Positions 57,312-64,000 of a DNA stretch of 64,000 nt are shown piece by piece. Source of the stretch: Bacteriovoracia bacterium (GTDB lineage: Bacteria; Bdellovibrionota; UBA1018; CAIPTA01); NCBI GenBank assembly GCA_050246755.1, contig JBFWVL010000001.1, forward strand, positions 1,472,001-1,536,000. Direction: 5' to 3'. Each line of letters starts with the position of its first letter. The first letter of the stretch is position 1. Below the pieces are notes generated by a model. That model was not told the origin of the DNA. It ran no database searches and saw nothing but the letters and a program-made list of their open reading frames with translations. A program made the translations under genes and the position numbers.

Positions 57312-58234
57312 AGTTGCACACTCGTCACCTGCTAGGAATCGAAGATCTCAAACCGCAAGAGATCCGTATTTTTCTCGACGAGGGAAAGCGCTTCAAAAAA
57401 GAGCTGGACCTGGGGGCCCGCAAATTCGATCAGCTTCGCGGAAAATCAATCGTCAGTTTATTTTACGAAGCTTCTACTCGCACACGCGGTTCGTTCGAAA
57501 TGGCCGCTAAGCGCCTAGGCGCCGATTTCTTCCACATGAACGCCGACGCTTCCTCGAGCGTCAGCAAGGGCGAGACCTTGGTGGATACGGCCAAAAACCT
57601 CGAGGCCATGAGCCCGGATTTTCTCGTGCTCCGCCATCCCAGCTCGGGGGCGCCTCAGCTGCTCGCCAAGCACCTGAAGATTCCCGTGATCAACGCCGGC
57701 GATGGGTTTCACGAACACCCCACCCAGGCATTGCTCGACGCCATGACGATGGAGGAGCAGTTCGGATCGGTGAAGGGGTTGAGCGTAACGATTGTGGGCG
57801 ATATCGCTCACTCGCGCGTGGCACGTTCCAATATTCACCTGCTCAATAAGTTGGGCGCAAAGATCACCGTATGCGGCCCCCCTACGCTGATTCCTCCTCA
57901 TATGGAACGACTCGGCGTGAAAACGGCGTACAGGCTCGAAGATGGCATTGCGGACGCTGACGTGGTGATGATGCTGAGAATTCAATTTGAGCGCCAAAAT
58001 GATAAACAGATCCCTTCCACTTCGGAATACTTCCGTTTCTTCGGCATGAACCAAGAAAGCGCTAAGCTGCTCAAGAAGAAAGCCATCATCATGCATCCGG
58101 GACCACTGAATCGCGGCGTAGAAATCGCCCCCGAGGTGGCTGATGGATCGCATTCCGTGATTTTAAATCAGGTTACCAACGGCGTAGCGGTGCGCATGGG
58201 CGTGCTTTCGGTGCTATCGGGAGGAACTGCGTGA
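57308..58234 (+). CDS. pyrB: Aspartate carbamoyltransferase
   Basis: FYEASTRT, HPTQ, RIQFER and HPGP motifs. Confidence 0.96.
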   Translation: MKLHTRHLLGIEDLKPQEIRIFLDEGKRFKKELDLGARKFDQLRGKSIVSLFYEASTRTRGSFEMAAKRLGADFFHMNADASSSVSKGETLVDTAKNLEAMSPDFLVLRHPSSGAPQLLAKHLKIPVINAGDGFHEHPTQALLDAMTMEEQFGSVKGLSVTIVGDIAHSRVARSNIHLLNKLGAKITVCGPPTLIPPHMERLGVKTAYRLEDGIADADVVMMLRIQFERQNDKQIPSTSEYFRFFGMNQESAKLLKKKAIIMHPGPLNRGVEIAPEVADGSHSVILNQVTNGVAVRMGVLSVLSGGTA

Positions 58235-59559
58235 GCACGAAAACCATTCCCGCAAAATCTCTTTACGTCAGCGGAGCTCAGCTGCTCGATCCTACGCAGA
58301 AGCTAAAGGGCGAAGTGGATTTGCTCGTGGAAAACGGCCGGGTGGCGGCCGTAGATAAGGCCGGAAGCCTCAAGGCAAAGGCAAAAGGTATAAAGGCCGT
58401 TTCCGTGGATGGCCGTGGATTTTTTCTTGCTCCGGGCTTCGTGGATTTGGATTGTGCCATTCACGAGCCGGGTGCCGAGCATATCGAGAGCTTTGCTACG
58501 GGTTCGAGTGCCGCCGCTGCGGGTGGATTCACTACGTTGCTGATCAAGCCGCTCACCATTCCTGTGCACGACAATGCCTTCATGACGGATTTTATCTTGC
58601 GGCGTGCCCGTGAGAATTCCCGCGTTCGCATCGTTACGATGGGAGCCATGAGTGCCGGCCGCGAAGGAAAAAAACTGGCGGAGATCGGCGGAATGGCGGC
58701 CGCAGGCGCCCGCGCGATCGGCGATGCCGCTTCGGTTACCGATACCTATCTCATGCGTAAGGCTCTAGAATATGCTCGAGCATTTTCCGTGCCGATTTTT
58801 TCTTTTCCGGAAGATAAGAGCCTCGCGGGGCAAGGGGTAATGAGCGAAGGCTGGAATTCCAACCGTCTCGGGCTTCGCGGCATTCCCGCCGCCGCTGAAG
58901 AAATTATCGTGACCCGCGATATCGTGTTGGCAAGGCACACGAATGGGCGGCTACACTTTCAACCCATTAGCACCCTGGGCTCGATCAGGGCTATTCGCCA
59001 CGCGAAGGAGCAAGGCCTGGCCATCACCGCGGAGACGCAGCCCGCATATTTCACTCTCACCTCCGACTCTATTGCCGGCTACGACGCTAATTATAAGTGC
59101 GTGCCGCCGCTGCGATCCGAGGAGGATCGCGAAGCCCTCATTGCCGCCTTGGCCGACGGAACCCTCGATTTAATTTCTTCGGGACATAGCCCGCAAACCA
59201 GGGCCGCGAAGGAACAAACGTTTGAGTTCGCTGCCGCAGGTATGATTTCGCTGGAGACCACATTTTCGCTTACCCTCGAGCTCGTACGCAAAAAGCAAAT
59301 CAGCCCGCTTCGGATGGTAGAATTGCTCAGCACTGCGCCGGCGAGGGTGCTGGGAATTCTTGGCGAGGCCGGGAGCCTAAAGGCCGGATCGGTGGCTGAT
59401 TTCGTATTATTTGATCCCAAGGCCATGCGTGATTTTACGCCTGGAACGATTCATAGTGCCGCAAGGAATAGCCCCTTCGTGGGACAAAAACTTCCGGGCG
59501 TGGTGCGCGCTACCTACGTGGGCGGAACCTCCGTATTTGAACAGAAGGGAAAAGCATGA
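58231..59559 (+). CDS. pyrC: Dihydroorotase-like protein, probably inactive PyrC'
   Basis: Amidohydrolase fold, K..PPLR; HxH replaced by DCA; DHAPH replaced by GHSPQ. Confidence 0.85.
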   Translation: MSTKTIPAKSLYVSGAQLLDPTQKLKGEVDLLVENGRVAAVDKAGSLKAKAKGIKAVSVDGRGFFLAPGFVDLDCAIHEPGAEHIESFATGSSAAAAGGFTTLLIKPLTIPVHDNAFMTDFILRRARENSRVRIVTMGAMSAGREGKKLAEIGGMAAAGARAIGDAASVTDTYLMRKALEYARAFSVPIFSFPEDKSLAGQGVMSEGWNSNRLGLRGIPAAAEEIIVTRDIVLARHTNGRLHFQPISTLGSIRAIRHAKEQGLAITAETQPAYFTLTSDSIAGYDANYKCVPPLRSEEDREALIAALADGTLDLISSGHSPQTRAAKEQTFEFAAAGMISLETTFSLTLELVRKKQISPLRMVELLSTAPARVLGILGEAGSLKAGSVADFVLFDPKAMRDFTPGTIHSAARNSPFVGQKLPGVVRATYVGGTSVFEQKGKA

Positions 59560-60725
59560 GCCTCTCGAAAAATCGAAAATCCGGCGCGCTGTTGCTTGAG
59601 GACGGGACTGTTTTTCCCGGCGAGCTTTTCGGTGCCGATATTCCCAATCTCAAACATGGCGTGCTCGGCGAAGTTGTTTTCAATACTGCCATGACCGGCT
59701 ACCAGGAAATTCTCACGGACCCATCCTATCTCGGCCAGATCGTAGTCATGACTTATCCGCATGTGGGCAATTACGGGATCAACCTCGAAGACATCGAGTC
59801 GCGCGCCTCTTTCGTTTCTGGCTTCATCGCCCATGAATTTTGTGAGCGTCCTTCTAATTGGCGCGCCAACGAGGGGCTTGGCGAGTATTTTCGCGCCAAG
59901 GGCATTCCCGCGCTTTCCGGTGTGGACACCCGCGCGCTCACGCGCCACCTCCGGGATAAGGGCGCCATGAATGCATTTCTCGTGGCTCCCGCTCCCGCCG
60001 ATCGAGCCGAAGCCGACGCCGTGCTGAAACGCCTTCGCAATGAACCTCCCTTCGGCGACCGCGATCTCGTGGCGGAAGTTACCTGCCGCGAAGCCTACGA
60101 CTGGAATAAGCCTCACGGTGCCCGTAGCGCTGCCTGGAATACCCCGTCTACCAATGCCGAGGATTCCCCGCTCGTAGTGGTGATGGATTTGGGCGTGAAG
60201 CACAATATGCTGCGTTCCCTGGTTTCTCGCGGATGCCGCGTGAAAGTGGTGCCAGCTTTCGCTACCGCTGAAGAAATTCTGCGCTATTCTCCTAAAGGCG
60301 TGATGCTTACTAACGGGCCTGGGGATCCGGCCCGTGTGGCCAAGGTTCCGGAAACCGTCCGGGCGCTCCTAGGAAAAGTACCTATTTTTGGAATTTGCAT
60401 GGGCCACCAGATTCTAGCCCACGCCATTGGTGCTAAAACGTTCAAGATGAAGTTTGGCCACCACGGCGCAAATCAGCCCGTGCTCGACATGAAAACGGGC
60501 CGCGTAATGATCACCTCTCAGAATCACGGCTACGCCATCGATCCCGAAACCTTACCGGCTTGGGCAAAAGTGGCGCAAATTAACCTTAATGATCAGAGCG
60601 TGGAGTCGATCGCGCTTCCCGAACACAAGGCTTATTCGGTACAATACCATCCGGAAGCTTGTCCGGGTCCGCGGGACTCTATGGGCTACTTCGACGAATT
60701 TATGAAGGCTATGGGCTATGCTTGA
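59556..60725 (+). CDS. carA: Carbamoyl-phosphate synthase small subunit
   Basis: GEVVFNT.MTGYQE, NGPGDP, GICMGHQ and QYHPE motifs. Confidence 0.97.
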   Translation: MSLSKNRKSGALLLEDGTVFPGELFGADIPNLKHGVLGEVVFNTAMTGYQEILTDPSYLGQIVVMTYPHVGNYGINLEDIESRASFVSGFIAHEFCERPSNWRANEGLGEYFRAKGIPALSGVDTRALTRHLRDKGAMNAFLVAPAPADRAEADAVLKRLRNEPPFGDRDLVAEVTCREAYDWNKPHGARSAAWNTPSTNAEDSPLVVVMDLGVKHNMLRSLVSRGCRVKVVPAFATAEEILRYSPKGVMLTNGPGDPARVAKVPETVRALLGKVPIFGICMGHQILAHAIGAKTFKMKFGHHGANQPVLDMKTGRVMITSQNHGYAIDPETLPAWAKVAQINLNDQSVESIALPEHKAYSVQYHPEACPGPRDSMGYFDEFMKAMGYA

Positions 60726-61362
60726 AAAATACCAAAAGTGCGTAGATATCATCACAAACGAATACACCGCGGGTGATTACTTCCGTGAAGTGTACGGCGC
60801 GAAGAAGGATTACTTCGAGAGCCTAGGTGCGATTGCGGAAGACGACCAAGATTTTGAAAACCAAATGGACGTTTTCATGGCTTGGTATCTTTTCGACCGT
60901 CCGCTCGAAAAGCACGATTTGCCCCCGGTATTTTTGTATTACCGCAAGAACGGTCCCTCTCTCCCGGCCGACGTAGAGCCCGCCTTCAAGGCGCTCACCC
61001 AGTCCAAACATTCAGTTTTTGAATTAGTGAAGCAGAGGGATACCGCTTTTGTGCTTCGCGATATGAGCAACGGCGAAAAATACGAAGTGCAAGATCAGCA
61101 GATCCGCGCGGGCTTTTCTAAAGGTGATATCTTCGAGGCCCGTCTGATTCCGGATGGAAAAGGCTATATCTTCTCCAACGGATTTTGTTTTCATCCGAAG
61201 GAAGCCTATAAGTTTATCGAATCTCAAATGAAAAAAATCAGGGAAGACGATGGCGCCCAACGAACGAAGTTATTGCTGAAGCTTGGGCAAATGCGCAATA
61301 AACAGCACCGTTTTCCGCACATTGATGTGCAGCATATCTATACGCTCACGCCGAAATTCTAA
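60718..61362 (+). CDS. Hypothetical cytoplasmic protein
   Basis: Uninterrupted ORF overlapping the carA stop; WYLFD and FCFHP segments. Confidence 0.75.
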   Translation: MLEKYQKCVDIITNEYTAGDYFREVYGAKKDYFESLGAIAEDDQDFENQMDVFMAWYLFDRPLEKHDLPPVFLYYRKNGPSLPADVEPAFKALTQSKHSVFELVKQRDTAFVLRDMSNGEKYEVQDQQIRAGFSKGDIFEARLIPDGKGYIFSNGFCFHPKEAYKFIESQMKKIREDDGAQRTKLLLKLGQMRNKQHRFPHIDVQHIYTLTPKF

Positions 61363-61441
61363 AATACGGCCAGTTTAACCGGAAGCGGTTATGGATGCTC
61401 GTATTCTCAAGCTCGAAATGAGCTGCTATCCTAAAGAGGCA

Positions 61442-62503
61442 ATGGATAAAACCCGTATCATCGTTTCCGACGTCTATCTCCTTGATATGAATTCGAAGGA
61501 GGAAACACGTATTTTCGACGAGCTGGTGATTGGTCGCACCGAATGCGACCTGGAATTTCCCGCCGACACGCTTATCAGCCGCCGCCACCTGCGGTTGATT
61601 CCCGCCGACGACGTGGTGATGGTGGAAGATCTTGGCTCCACCAACAAAACTCTGGTCAATGGAAAACTCTTGAAACCGAACGTGCTGTACAAGCTTCGCT
61701 CCCGCGACGTGATCGAGTTCGGCAAGCAAAAATGCCAGGTATTTATCGGTGGCAAGATCGCCGACGGGCGCAAAGCGCCGCGCGAAAATGAGGAGAATTC
61801 CGCCGCACTGAGCAAGCTTGTTGCTTCTCCCGAAAAATCAAAGGCGAGCAAAGAGAAAAAGAATAGTGGCCGCGATCTAGGCGGGCTCGAAGATTTCTCG
61901 GCCATGGATGCGGTTCCTACTTTTGAAGAGAGCGAAGTGGCGATCGCGCGGCTGGTGAACGAACGGGGCGTGAGCTGGTTCCTTCAGTTCGACGGCAGCG
62001 AGTTCGGCCCCCTTAATTTCAACGAAATGAAGGCCATCGTGAACAGTGAGCGCTTTCAGGGCGGCGAGCTGTTCGTGTGGGCAGAAGGGATCCCGAGCTG
62101 GACCCTAATCTCCAAGAACCATAAAATCTTTCAGGGAAGCGCGGGCGTCGTAGACCAGCCGCCCCCGAAAGAATTCAGCAGTCCCGCCCCCTTGGTGGCG
62201 ATGGTGGTTTGGACGAAAACCGAAGCCGGTGAAAAGAGAAAAATAACCGCCACCTGCGAGAGCATCAGCGCCACCGAAATTTCCGTTATTTGCGCGGAGA
62301 AGATTTCAGATACGAAAGAATTCGAAGTGGAGGTTTCACCGCGCAAAGGCTTGGGCTTGGATCGCTTTAAGCTCGCCGTGAAGTTCGATCCAAACCGGGT
62401 GGGGAAAAAGGGCTATACGCTCGAAATCACTTCAGTTGGCCCGAAGACCAAAGCCATGATCGAGCGCCATGTGCGCGAGTATCATACGGGCGAAAAGAAT
62501 TAA
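61442..62503 (+). CDS. FHA + GYF_2 + degenerate PilZ-like domain protein
   Basis: FHA IGR/ISRRH/DLGSTN; GYF_2 WF....EFGP...VWAEG...W; C-terminal beta domain; start 61442 or 61391. Confidence 0.75.
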   Translation: MDKTRIIVSDVYLLDMNSKEETRIFDELVIGRTECDLEFPADTLISRRHLRLIPADDVVMVEDLGSTNKTLVNGKLLKPNVLYKLRSRDVIEFGKQKCQVFIGGKIADGRKAPRENEENSAALSKLVASPEKSKASKEKKNSGRDLGGLEDFSAMDAVPTFEESEVAIARLVNERGVSWFLQFDGSEFGPLNFNEMKAIVNSERFQGGELFVWAEGIPSWTLISKNHKIFQGSAGVVDQPPPKEFSSPAPLVAMVVWTKTEAGEKRKITATCESISATEISVICAEKISDTKEFEVEVSPRKGLGLDRFKLAVKFDPNRVGKKGYTLEITSVGPKTKAMIERHVREYHTGEKN

Positions 62504-63541
<1,038 letters not shown>

Positions 63542-63545
63542 TTAA

Positions 63546-64000
63546 TCACCACTGGTAGTGTCGGATCTTCTCTCCCTTTTCGGCGATTTCCGACATAGCC
63601 CTAATACCTATTTCCAAATGTAAATCCGTGTATTCCTGAAAAACCTTCTTGGCCGAGGCCTTCGTTTTAATTCCGCCTTCTTGCAGGGGAAGATCGCTCA
63701 CCAGTAGCAGGGCGCCATTGGGAACCTTGGAGGCGAAGCCGGCCGTAAAGAGCGCCGCCGTTTCCATCTCGATGCCGATTACACGCTGGGAGTAGAGGAG
63801 CTCTTTGAAGCCGGGATTAAATTCCCAGAAGCGGTAGTCGGTAGTGTGTATCACCCCGGTACGGTACTCGATTCCTTTTTCCACCAGAATTTCTGAGACG
63901 AATTTTTGCACCTTAAAGGTGGGAAGCGAAGGGACTTCGGCGGGCATAAAATGGGCCGTAACGCCTTCTCCGCGAATCGCGGCCATCGGCAAAATAAAAT
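63546..64000 (-). CDS. amn: AMP nucleosidase (PNP/UDP family), 5'-truncated by window
   Basis: LPMAAIRGEG, IEMETA and LLLVSDLP...GIKT motifs. Confidence 0.8.
   Translation of the reverse strand, partial: FILPMAAIRGEGVTAHFMPAEVPSLPTFKVQKFVSEILVEKGIEYRTGVIHTTDYRFWEFNPGFKELLYSQRVIGIEMETAALFTAGFASKVPNGALLLVSDLPLQEGGIKTKASAKKVFQEYTDLHLEIGIRAMSEIAEKGEKIRHYQW

Overview
Gene-dense bacterial chromosome segment. A Bdellovibrionota-like origin is inferred from the TIGR02147 gene, the dnaX-ybaB-recR-mglB-mglA synteny, MglA Ser21 and the many orphan secreted proteins. In order, it holds: peptidoglycan hydrolases (dacB, a lytic transglycosylase) and two secreted peptidases; a dcw cluster (rsmH-ftsL-ftsI-murE-mraY-murD-ftsW-murG-murC-[antisense orphan]-murB-ftsQ-ftsA-ftsZ, lacking mraZ, murF and ddl); an S8 protease followed by a catalytically dead subtilase; dksA; ffs-dnaX-ybaB-recR-mglB-mglA; a TIGR02147 module; a surface-glycosylation-like region around tRNA-Ser(GGA); amidase, CBS, FAD/Fe-S oxidoreductase, GT2 and ETHE1-like genes; mlaEFD-tadA; lepA-lepB-pyrB-pyrC'-carA; an FHA/GYF/PilZ gene; mreB; and partial amn. 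The most notable observations are (1) a tandemly duplicated head-to-head pair of a membrane-anchored, Cys-paired MORN-repeat protein and a GT-C-like membrane protein, (2) a MurD in the canonical dcw slot that has lost several catalytic residues, (3) an active/dead subtilase pair with a duplicated Cys-looped peptide, (4) an A9 slippage site in dnaX that would give a gamma-sized product, and (5) a LepB lacking its catalytic Lys. All calls come from reading motifs by eye. No database searches were run, and several starts were moved downstream of the ORF track to the most plausible start codon.
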